Source: a bacterium (GTDB lineage: Bacteria; UBA10199; 2-02-FULL-44-16; JAAZCA01). From it: DNA of 64,000 nt. How positions within the stretch are numbered: position 1 is the first letter of the stretch; each line of letters begins with the position of its first letter. The position numbers and the translations under genes are program-made. The DNA lies in contig CAXXGI010000002.1 of assembly GCA_963674695.2 (NCBI GenBank), forward strand, positions 64,001 through 128,000. The letters are read 5' to 3'. Below are positions 8,377 to 16,434 of this stretch, piece by piece. The notes below the pieces were generated by a model. The model was not told where the DNA came from. It was given only the letters and a program-made list of their open reading frames with translations, and did no database searches.

Positions 8377-10249
8377 GAACGATTCATTCGACATCATCGT
8401 CATCGGGGCGGGGCATGCCGGGTGCGAGGCGGCGCTCGCGGCCGCGCGAATGAATGTGCGCGTCTGCGTTGTGACCGATCGCGTCGAGACGATTGCGGCG
8501 ATGAGCTGCAATCCGGCCATCGGCGGCACGGCCAAGGGGCACCTCGTGCGCGAGATCGATGCGCTCGGCGGCGAGATGGGGCGTGCCTCCGACGCCACCG
8601 GCATTCAGTATCGGCGTTTGAACGCCAGCCGCGGGCCGGCGGTGCGCGCCACGCGCGCGCAGATCGATCGCGCCCGCTATCATCATTATATGCGCGCGGC
8701 CCTGGAGTCGCACCCGAACATCACGATCATCGAGGGGGGCGCGACCGACCTCCTCGTTGAAAACGACGTCGTTGCTGGTATTGCTTTTCACGAACGACGA
8801 ACGACGAACGACGAACAGCGTCTTTTCGGAAAAAAAGTGATTCTCACCGCCGGCACGTTCTTAAACGGCCTGCTCCACTTCGGCATGGAATCCAAACCCG
8901 GAGGACGCGTGGGCGATGTGGCCGACGCCGCTCTCTCCGATGCGTTGCGCACGCTCGGCTTTCCCCTCGGGCGCCTCAAGACCGGTACCTGCCCGCGCCT
9001 GATCGCCGACTCCATCGATTTTGTGAAATGTACGCGTCAGGAGGACGATGATCCGCGCCCGCGCTTTTCCGACGACGTGATCGCAAACGATCTCGAGCAG
9101 CTTCCCTGCCACATCACCTTCACGAACGAGGCGACACACGAGGTGATTCGCCAAAACCTCGATCGCTCGCCGCTCTATGCGGGGCGCATCGAGGGGGTCG
9201 GCCCGCGCTATTGCCCCTCGATCGAGACAAAGGTCGTGCGTTTTTCCGACAAGGATCGCCATCAACTCTTTTTGGAACCCGAAGGGCTCGACACCGACTG
9301 GATCTATGTCAACGGCCTGACGACCTCGCTGCCCGTCGATGTGCAGCAGCAGATGCTCGCGACGATTCCAGGTCTTGAGCGCGCGACGATCGTCCAGCCC
9401 GGCTATGCCGTCGAATACGACTACGTGCCGCCCACCGAGCTTCGCTCGACACTCGAGACCAAACGCGTTTCCGGGCTCTATCTGGCGGGACAGGTCAACG
9501 GGACCTCCGGATACGAGGAGGCCGCGGCCCAAGGGCTCATGGCGGGGATCAACGCCGTCCGTTCGCTGCGCGACGAGGAACCGGCGGTCCTTCGGCGCAG
9601 CGATGCCTACATCGGTGTCCTCATCGACGACCTGACGGTGAAGGGCGTGGACGAGCCCTATCGCATGTTCACCTCGCGCGCGGAACATCGCCTGCTCCTG
9701 CGCGAGGAGAACGCCGACGCGCGGCTCACCGCCATCGGTCGCGATCTCGGGCTCATCGACGACGCGCGCTGGGAAGGCTTTTGTGCACATCGCGATGCGG
9801 TGGAGCGCACGATCGCGGTGCTCCATGAGACGATGGTGACGCCCAGCGCAAGGATCAACGCCGTCGTTGAAGGGTGGGGTTCGGCGCCGATCAAAAAACG
9901 GATGCCCTTGGCCGATCTCGTCGCGCGCCCCGAGATCTCCATCGCGCAGGTCCTCGATGGCCTCGTCGGCGATGGCGCAACAACTCCATCCGCAGCGCTC
10001 ATGTGCGCCGAGATCGAACTCAAGTATGCGGGATACCTCAAGGCGGAGCGGATACAGGTGAAGCGACTCGACGAACTCGAATCGGTGCGTCTGCCCCAAT
10101 CATTCGACTATGCAACGGTCGCGAGCCTCTCCACCGAGGTGCGCGAGAAACTCGAACGCATACGCCCGGCAACGCTCGCCCAAGCCTTGCGCATCCCCGG
10201 CATGACCCCGGCCGCCATCTCCATCCTGATGATCCATCTTGCCCGATGA
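8375..10249 (+). CDS. mnmG: tRNA uridine-5-carboxymethylaminomethyl synthesis enzyme MnmG (GidA)
   Basis: [57 protein letters not shown]. Confidence 0.98.
   Translation: MNDSFDIIVIGAGHAGCEAALAAARMNVRVCVVTDRVETIAAMSCNPAIGGTAKGHLVREIDALGGEMGRASDATGIQYRRLNASRGPAVRATRAQIDRARYHHYMRAALESHPNITIIEGGATDLLVENDVVAGIAFHERRTTNDEQRLFGKKVILTAGTFLNGLLHFGMESKPGGRVGDVADAALSDALRTLGFPLGRLKTGTCPRLIADSIDFVKCTRQEDDDPRPRFSDDVIANDLEQLPCHITFTNEATHEVIRQNLDRSPLYAGRIEGVGPRYCPSIETKVVRFSDKDRHQLFLEPEGLDTDWIYVNGLTTSLPVDVQQQMLATIPGLERATIVQPGYAVEYDYVPPTELRSTLETKRVSGLYLAGQVNGTSGYEEAAAQGLMAGINAVRSLRDEEPAVLRRSDAYIGVLIDDLTVKGVDEPYRMFTSRAEHRLLLREENADARLTAIGRDLGLIDDARWEGFCAHRDAVERTIAVLHETMVTPSARINAVVEGWGSAPIKKRMPLADLVARPEISIAQVLDGLVGDGATTPSAALMCAEIELKYAGYLKAERIQVKRLDELESVRLPQSFDYATVASLSTEVREKLERIRPATLAQALRIPGMTPAAISILMIHLAR
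8790..8817 (+). repeat. Four heptamers inside mnmG
   Basis: ACGAACG x3 + ACGAACA, within the segment encoding [10 protein letters not shown]. Confidence 0.9.
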
Positions 10250-10260
10250 GGGTTGGAAGT

Positions 10261-10276
10261 TGGCACATATTTTGCT
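10261..10276 (+). promoter_or_regulatory. Sigma-54 (-24/-12) promoter
   Basis: TGGCAC-ATATT-TTGCT matches the TGGCAC-N5-TTGC consensus, about 50 nt before ATG 10327. Confidence 0.8.
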
Positions 10277-10326
10277 AGTATTTGTATTTGGTAAAAAACG
10301 ACAAACAACTCCAAAGGAGGCCCACC

Positions 10327-10911
10327 ATGAAAGGAAAGCTGGCAATTCTGATCGTCGTCTTTTTGTGCGCACCGCTGGTCGCATCAGCGCAACAAGCAGC
10401 GCTTCAAGTAGGGGCAGCAGCAGATGCAAAAGAGATGGCAGAAGAACAACAACAATTAACAAGGGAACGGATGGAGAAGGCTCAAGAGAGGGAAGCACAG
10501 TTCGAAGTCCAGGGAAAGACACCAGGCCGTCCACAGGAAGCGCAGCTCGAAGTTCAGGGAAAGATACCAGGCCAATTACGGCTGGCAATACCCGAGATGG
10601 TACGAACCGTCTTTGGCGGCGATCCGTATTGCGACAGGGTGACAGAGCCCGAACGGAAGCTGACTTGCCTGGAGAAGATGGTCGAGAAAATTGATATCAC
10701 AACGAAATACATTTGCGACAAACGGAATGGACTGACGCGGTGTCATGGTGGAATAGGTGGACACTGTGGTGTGTTGAAACCGCTTTCCCCGCCGAGGGGC
10801 ATCGAAGAGCAAATTCAATTCCACGTGAGAGAAGTGAAAAGGGCCATCGATAACTTCGTGCGCGAGGATGAGAGGTTCAGCGAAGATCTAGCACCACTGT
10901 GCGAAGATTAG
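10327..10911 (+). CDS. Secreted hypothetical protein with a 15-aa internal duplication
   Basis: AAGGAGG RBS; signal peptide MKGKLAILIVVFLCAPLVASA; EAQFEVQGKTPG/EAQLEVQGKIPG; several Cys. Confidence 0.75.
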   Translation: MKGKLAILIVVFLCAPLVASAQQAALQVGAAADAKEMAEEQQQLTRERMEKAQEREAQFEVQGKTPGRPQEAQLEVQGKIPGQLRLAIPEMVRTVFGGDPYCDRVTEPERKLTCLEKMVEKIDITTKYICDKRNGLTRCHGGIGGHCGVLKPLSPPRGIEEQIQFHVREVKRAIDNFVREDERFSEDLAPLCED

Positions 10912-10951
10912 TTTTTTCAGGAAAAACGAGCCGAATGTGCGCGATGTGAAA

Positions 10952-10980
10952 ACGGGGTGCCGATGGCACCCCGTGGTTTT
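10952..10980 (+). terminator. Intrinsic terminator hairpin
   Basis: ACGGGGTGCC-GAT-GGCACCCCGT then GGTTTT, between convergent genes. Confidence 0.65.
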
Positions 10981-11008
10981 GAAGGCATGTTGGGAAAATG
11001 ATTTTTGT

Positions 11009-11127
11009 TGTCATCCCCGCCCCCGATTCAATCATTCGAGGGCAGGCTCCAGCGGGAATCTCGACTGTAGTAATTCGAGATTCCCGCTTTCGCGGGAATG
11101 ACACAGCCACGGGAATGACAAAACCAA
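11009..11127. repeat. REP-like palindromic repeat (GTCATCCC...GGGAATGAC family)
   Basis: TGTCATCCCCGC...GCGGGAATCTCGA...TCGAGATTCCCGC...GCGGGAATGAC, plus a second CGGGAATGACAAAACCA unit; sister copy at 12914. Confidence 0.8.
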
Positions 11128-11182
11128 GGTTTGTCATCGGTCTGGTTTTGATCTTGGGTCCATGGTCTACAGTTCGCTTTCC

Positions 11183-12298
11183 TCACTTCGTCCCCAACTT
11201 TTTTAATATCGGCGTTTCCCACTCGAGATCCAGGCGCTTGCGCTTGTCGCACGTCCCCTTTTCCAGGGCATGGGCCATGATCAGCGGCAGCGAGACCGAG
11301 GGTTCGACAAACGCCATGCAGTGGCTTGCCTTCTTCGACACCTTGCCCCAGCTCGTGGCTTCCGAAAGGGTCGAGCCGGATAGCCCGCCCCAGTGCGGCG
11401 AGTCGGTCGTGACCTGAATGGCATAGCGATGGCCGCCGGTGTCCATGCCGAAGATGTAGGCCATGACCACCGAGTCGTTGATGAAGTTCTTGGGCACGCC
11501 GCCGGCGACATAGATCGCCGAGGTGCACGGTGATTTGACGACGAGTTGGGTCAGCTCGTAGTTGTCGCGAATCGAATCGATCACGACCCCTTCGCGTCCG
11601 TCCTTCAGGCAGCGATGATAGTGTTCGGTCAGCCCGATGCCGATCGAAGAATCATTGAGCGCGGGGGCGAAGATGGGCACGCCGTGGCGCGCGGCGGTGC
11701 CGAGGATCGAATTCGAATCATCAATCGTTTCACCGAGTTGGCGCAAAAATTCTCGCGAGGAATATCGGCCTGGCGTGAGGCTGTCGGTGAAGTGTCCGAT
11801 CGAGCAGTCCAAGCGCCAGAATTTATCCTCGTCGACATAGGTGTCGTAGATGCGATCGATGTAGAGGTCGCGCAGCTTGCGATCGTCGGCGAGCGGCGTG
11901 CCGCGTGCGTGGACATAGCCGTGCGACTGATAGAAATCCTGGTAGAGGATGGCGCCCGTGGAGACGATGACATCGACGACCTTGTGTTCGATCATGTCGC
12001 GAATCACCTTGCGCAGCCCTGCCGCGATGAGGGGGCCGGCCAGCCCCAAAAAGACCGTGGGGCGGTCGGCATCCGCCATCATCGCTTCCACGACCTGAGC
12101 GCAGCCGCCGATATTGCGGGCCTGGATGGAGGCGTCAGCGAAGGCGTCGACGAGACCGGCGACCGTGGTCGTCTCTTCCAGGTCGATCTGTTTGATCGGC
12201 CGGCGCAGGAGCGATTCCTTCTCCTCGCGTTGGGCATCGGTGAGCGTCGGGAAAGAATATCCCTCGGGTTTGTCCAGAACGGTAAATTTTGCAGTCAT
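11183..12298 (-). CDS. Deoxyhypusine synthase-like protein (probable polyamine/homospermidine synthesis)
   Basis: VSTGA, IDRIYD, DSSIG, GGVPKN, WGGLSGSTLSEATSWGK with the catalytic Lys. Confidence 0.9.
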   Translation of the reverse strand: MTAKFTVLDKPEGYSFPTLTDAQREEKESLLRRPIKQIDLEETTTVAGLVDAFADASIQARNIGGCAQVVEAMMADADRPTVFLGLAGPLIAAGLRKVIRDMIEHKVVDVIVSTGAILYQDFYQSHGYVHARGTPLADDRKLRDLYIDRIYDTYVDEDKFWRLDCSIGHFTDSLTPGRYSSREFLRQLGETIDDSNSILGTAARHGVPIFAPALNDSSIGIGLTEHYHRCLKDGREGVVIDSIRDNYELTQLVVKSPCTSAIYVAGGVPKNFINDSVVMAYIFGMDTGGHRYAIQVTTDSPHWGGLSGSTLSEATSWGKVSKKASHCMAFVEPSVSLPLIMAHALEKGTCDKRKRLDLEWETPILKKLGTK

Positions 12299-12436
12299 GG
12301 GCTTCCTCCCTGTCGGTGTGGGCCGGTTCTAGCGGCCGGTGGCATCGATGTCAAACCTCAGAGCTTGTCATCCTCTGTAGCGCCCAGGATGACAAATCTC
12401 GGTGAACGCGCTATCATTATATATGGAGGTGGAACG

Positions 12437-12904
12437 ATGAAGAAATCGAACACGCGATGGATCGCAGCCCTTTCCCTACTGACCGCGGTGCTTTTCCTTG
12501 CCGCCTGCTCCGGCGGTGAGCGCAAGAACACGCTCGATGGCACGATGTGGGATGCGACCGACCTCGAGGCGATCACCGTGAGCCTGGCCGGCGAGGCAAA
12601 GTGTCCGCGATGCCTCGAGGATGAGATTCCGATCACGGGGTTGCAGGTCGAGGTCATTCACCAGAACGATCCGATGCATATGACGGCCCTGCGCACCTAT
12701 GATGGCCTCGGCCCCTTCAGTATCTCCAACATTCAGGTCGTTCCCAACGCAACCCTCGAGGTGATGGGGACGCTCTATCGTCAGACGAGCACCGGCACGA
12801 GTCCTATTCGTGGCTATGCGGCGGTCGAGGTTCCCAACGACGATGGACAGGTCATCCCCTTCACGCTCACCTTTCCCTCGAGCGCTTCGGACGATGATGA
12901 ATAA
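12437..12904 (+). CDS. Hypothetical lipoprotein
   Basis: GGAGG RBS; MKKSNTRWIAALSLLTAVLFLAA-C lipobox; CxxC (CPRC). Confidence 0.75.
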   Translation: MKKSNTRWIAALSLLTAVLFLAACSGGERKNTLDGTMWDATDLEAITVSLAGEAKCPRCLEDEIPITGLQVEVIHQNDPMHMTALRTYDGLGPFSISNIQVVPNATLEVMGTLYRQTSTGTSPIRGYAAVEVPNDDGQVIPFTLTFPSSASDDDE

Positions 12905-12913
12905 AGAGAGGCT

Positions 12914-13007
12914 TGTCATCCTCGCGAACGCGGGGATCCCGATTGGCCATTACAATCGAGATTCCCGCGTTCGCGGGAATGACAAAACCGCGGGAATGAC
13001 AAAACCA
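12914..13007. repeat. REP-like palindromic repeat, sister of 11009-11127
   Basis: TGTCATCCTCGCGAACGCGGGGATC...GATTCCCGCGTTCGCGGGAATGACAAAACC GCGGGAATGACAAAACCA between convergent genes. Confidence 0.8.
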
Positions 13008-13010
13008 GAA

Positions 13011-13967
13011 CTACCCTGGTTTCTGGATGGCCAATACGGGGAAGGATCCAAACCGTTCCAACACATCGGGGATACGACGCAGGTGGTCCATCGTCATGCG
13101 GGCGATGCGGCGACCGTAGCGGGCTTCCACCTCTTCGGCGCGCGATGCATAGATCTGCAGCATGCACTCCCAGGTCTTCATCGTCTCGGCGATGATGTCC
13201 CGTCGTTCGACAATTTCAAACCCACCTCGTTCGAAATGCTTCGGCCAATCGGTGATGAGCTCCGCCCCTCTGTGAAAGAGGATCGTGCGCATCGCCTGCT
13301 CATCGGCGCGCGAAGGAATGCCGGTGAAGGCCAGATCGGAGAACCCGATACGTCCACCGGGTTTGAGCATGCGGAACATTTCCTGAACGAGCCGATCCTT
13401 CTGCGTCTCCGACACGCAGATATCGCCGGCCACCTCGATGCAGAGGAGCGCGTCGAAAGACGCTTCGGGGAGATCCAGCGCCAGCGCGTTGCCGTGATGG
13501 ATCGCGATACGCTGCCCAAGCCCTTCGCGCGCAATGAGGGCGCTGCCTTGGCGCACCTGTTCGGCGCTGATGTTCACACCGGTGATGCGGCAGCCGAATC
13601 GCCGAGCGATGCGAACGGCGGGCGCGCCGATGCCGCAGCCGATGTCGAGCACGTGCATCGAATCATCGAGGTCCGTCATACGCGCGACGAGATCCGTATG
13701 ATTGTTGAGGGCTGCGGAAAATGTTTCGTCGCCGTCGGGGAAATAGCCGAAGTGAAAGCTGTCGCCGTAGAACATCCGGGCGTCATCCGTGATCAGGTCG
13801 AAGTAGGCGCCGACGCTTCGATTGGTGCGCCGGCCGAGCAGCATCATCGGCAGCTGCATATGGATTGCCTGAGCGATCTTGCGCGCGCAGCCGATGAGCC
13901 CTGTTTCGCGATAGGTCTGCGTGAGAAATCCGCCCTTGGCGGCCAAAATGTTTCGATCCGTTGTCAT
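13011..13967 (-). CDS. Class I SAM-dependent methyltransferase (sterol-C24/tocopherol/CFA-like)
   Basis: YGDSFHFGYF, VLDIGCGIGAPA, ITGVNISAEQ, LKPGG; CAGGAG RBS before MTTDRN. Confidence 0.85.
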   Translation of the reverse strand: MTTDRNILAAKGGFLTQTYRETGLIGCARKIAQAIHMQLPMMLLGRRTNRSVGAYFDLITDDARMFYGDSFHFGYFPDGDETFSAALNNHTDLVARMTDLDDSMHVLDIGCGIGAPAVRIARRFGCRITGVNISAEQVRQGSALIAREGLGQRIAIHHGNALALDLPEASFDALLCIEVAGDICVSETQKDRLVQEMFRMLKPGGRIGFSDLAFTGIPSRADEQAMRTILFHRGAELITDWPKHFERGGFEIVERRDIIAETMKTWECMLQIYASRAEEVEARYGRRIARMTMDHLRRIPDVLERFGSFPVLAIQKPG

Positions 13968-13999
13968 GCGTATGCTCCTGGCGATGCATTCGCCATAAC

Positions 14000-14731
14000 T
14001 CACTGGGGTGATGCGACGGGATGGATGCGACGAACGGGGAACAAAAAGGAGATCCCACCGCCCATCGAGACATCTCCGGCCAGCTCGCTGCGCCCGCCGC
14101 CCATCGGCGTGGGGTGGATGTAGGAGTTGATGTCCAAGCGAAAGGCGAGCCACGGGATCGGGAAGAAGAACTTCGCTCCGCCGCCGATCACCCCGGTGGG
14201 TTGCCACTGTCGATTGATCTGCATCGCCCCCACGCCGAGGGTAAAGTAGAAATCCATGTTGAAGAGGTGTGATCCCGCGCGCCATGCCGCCGGTGTGTTG
14301 AACGAGACCAGCCCCACCCCGATGTGCGTGTCGCTCGTGTTCAAGCTCTGATAGAACGGCGTGTCCTTGTCGACGACGATCGGGCTGTAGAGATACTGCC
14401 CGCCCAACGCCAGGAAGTCGTTGAAGTGAAAGTAATAGGCGGCGCCGATGTTGTATGTGTTCTTCCAATTTTCGCCGAGGTAGTCGCCGCCGACGATGAC
14501 GAATTCGCTCAAGTAACGGTCGGAATAGTCCTCACGGTGGTCCCAACTGGGGCCGAAGCGGTCCCATGCGAGGCCCCCTGAGTGCTTGCCCTTGCTCTCC
14601 TGCTGCGCCACGCGTTCGGATTCGGCGGCTGGCGGTTGGATTTTAGGCACATCACGGGCGCCTGCAACGGATGGGATGGCGATCAGGAAAACGGTAAGCA
14701 CAAATCCGACGGTGGATCTCAAGTATGTCAT
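14000..14731 (-). CDS. Outer-membrane beta-barrel protein
   Basis: Signal peptide (..VFLIAIPSVAGA); alternating aromatic beta-strands; C-terminal GGISFLF; start uncertain because it lies at the REP end. Confidence 0.7.
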   Translation of the reverse strand: MTYLRSTVGFVLTVFLIAIPSVAGARDVPKIQPPAAESERVAQQESKGKHSGGLAWDRFGPSWDHREDYSDRYLSEFVIVGGDYLGENWKNTYNIGAAYYFHFNDFLALGGQYLYSPIVVDKDTPFYQSLNTSDTHIGVGLVSFNTPAAWRAGSHLFNMDFYFTLGVGAMQINRQWQPTGVIGGGAKFFFPIPWLAFRLDINSYIHPTPMGGGRSELAGDVSMGGGISFLFPVRRIHPVASPQ

Positions 14732-14817
14732 CCTGAGCGAAGCGAAGGATCTCCATAGAATTGTAAGGAATCCGTCGCGGAGTCTGTCCTGAGCGAAGTC
14801 GAAGGGCTCAGGATGAT
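14726..14817. repeat. REP-like palindrome (TGTCATCCTGAGCGAAGCGAAGGATC...CTCAGGATGA)
   Basis: Terminal TCATCCTGAG/CTCAGGATGA inversion; second internal CCTGAGCGAAG unit. Confidence 0.75.
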
Positions 14818-14846
14818 AAATCGAGGTGTACACATGAGATTCGAGA

Positions 14847-16262
14847 TTATTTCGCATAAGCAGCAGCTTCCCCCTTGGCCATGCGGCCGGATCGCGCAGC
14901 GGCGGCGGCCAAATCCTTCGTGACCGTCCAAGCGCTCCCCGGGAAGGTGTGACAGGCGGCGACGACCTCTTCGAAGGCATTCAGAAAGCGATCGACCTGC
15001 GCCTCGTCGATGATCAGCGGCGGCAACAATTTGATGATGTCCATGTTGTGGCCGGCCACCTGCGTGAGGATGCGGTGTTGCTTCATGAGCGGCACGGTGA
15101 GCATCTGGCAGAAGAGGCTCTTATTCAACTTGTGTACGATCTTCCATCCGGCTTTTAATTTCAGCGATTTTGGTTCGGTGAACTCGATGCCGATCATCAG
15201 GCCCAAACCGCGCACCTCGTCGAGCATCTCGTAGCGCTCGCTCATGGCGCGAATGCCGTCGGTGATGCGCGCGCCCATCGCCGTGGCGTTTTCGATGACG
15301 CCATCGTTTTCCAGGACGTCGAGCGTGGCCAGCCCCGCCGCACACGCCAGCACGTTGCGGCCGAAGGTATTGGAGTGCACGACCGCGTGCTCCATGTCGG
15401 TGAAGACCTTGTCGAAGATGGCGCGACGATAGCAGATGACGCCGACGGGGACGAAGCCGCCCGAGAGCGCCTTGGCCGCCGTGACGATATCGGGTTCGAG
15501 TCCCCAGTGCTGATGCGCGAACATCTTCCCCGTGCGCCCGAAGCCCGACTGCACCTCGTCGCAGACAAAGAGCGCGCCGTGTTTGCGGCAGAGCGCCTGC
15601 GCCTCTACATAAAACGCAGGGTCGGCGATGTAGACGCCTTTGCCCTGAACCGGTTCGAAGAAGAATGCGGCGACATCTCCCTTTTCGAGTTCCGTCTTCA
15701 GCGCACCCAGATCGCCCATCGGCATCTTCGTCGACGGAATCAGCTCGCCGAATCCCTTGCGAAACTCCGTGCCGCCGTTGAGCGCGAGCGAGCCGGAGGT
15801 GAGCCCATGAAAGGCGTGGTCCCAGAAGAGGATGCGATCGCGGCCGGTCGCTTTGCGCGCGAATTTGATCGCGCCCTCGTTGGCCTCGGTTCCGGAGTTG
15901 GTGAAAAAGATCGTGTCGACACCTTCGGGCATGTGCGCGAGCAGCCGCTCGGCCAGGAGTCCCGCGATCAGCGGCGCGTCCATCTGCACCATGTTCGGAT
16001 ATTCGAGATCGAGCGCTTCATGCAGTGCGGCGATCACCTTCGGATGGCTGCGCCCGAGGGCGAAGACGCCATAGCCGGCCAGGAGATCCAGGTAGTCGTT
16101 CCCCTCGGCGTCATAGAGCAGCGCCCCCTCGGCGCGGACGTAGTCGCGATCATAGCCGATCGTGCGCAGGACGCGCACCAGTTGCGGGTTCAAGTGCCGC
16201 GCGAAGAGTTCGTGCTGACGCCCGCGGTTGGCTTCCAGCAGGGTTTTGAGGTCGAGGGCCAT
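14847..16262 (-). CDS. Class III PLP aminotransferase, HpnO-like (aminohopanoid biosynthesis)
   Basis: HLNPQLVRVLRTIGYD N-terminus, NSGTEANE, FHGLT, EPVQGKG, DEVQSGFGRTG, AKALSGG, HSNTF, KLLPPL. Confidence 0.8.
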   Translation of the reverse strand: MALDLKTLLEANRGRQHELFARHLNPQLVRVLRTIGYDRDYVRAEGALLYDAEGNDYLDLLAGYGVFALGRSHPKVIAALHEALDLEYPNMVQMDAPLIAGLLAERLLAHMPEGVDTIFFTNSGTEANEGAIKFARKATGRDRILFWDHAFHGLTSGSLALNGGTEFRKGFGELIPSTKMPMGDLGALKTELEKGDVAAFFFEPVQGKGVYIADPAFYVEAQALCRKHGALFVCDEVQSGFGRTGKMFAHQHWGLEPDIVTAAKALSGGFVPVGVICYRRAIFDKVFTDMEHAVVHSNTFGRNVLACAAGLATLDVLENDGVIENATAMGARITDGIRAMSERYEMLDEVRGLGLMIGIEFTEPKSLKLKAGWKIVHKLNKSLFCQMLTVPLMKQHRILTQVAGHNMDIIKLLPPLIIDEAQVDRFLNAFEEVVAACHTFPGSAWTVTKDLAAAAARSGRMAKGEAAAYAK

Positions 16263-16400
16263 AGCGGCGCGATTCCTAGCAGATGGACCGAGCAGAGGCA
16301 AACGATATTCCGGCGATCCAGCTCCCTCGGGCCTCACCCGCCGTGACCATTCAAAGTAGACGATAATTTCAATGATTCCACAACATTGGAGTGCCGGGCT

Positions 16401-16408
16401 GCCGATAA
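16401..16408 (+). promoter_or_regulatory. Sigma-28-like -10 element
   Basis: GCCGATAA, 26 nt before ATG 16435; -35 weak. Confidence 0.45.
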
Positions 16409-16434
16409 TGAAATGACATCAACGGGAGAATCAT

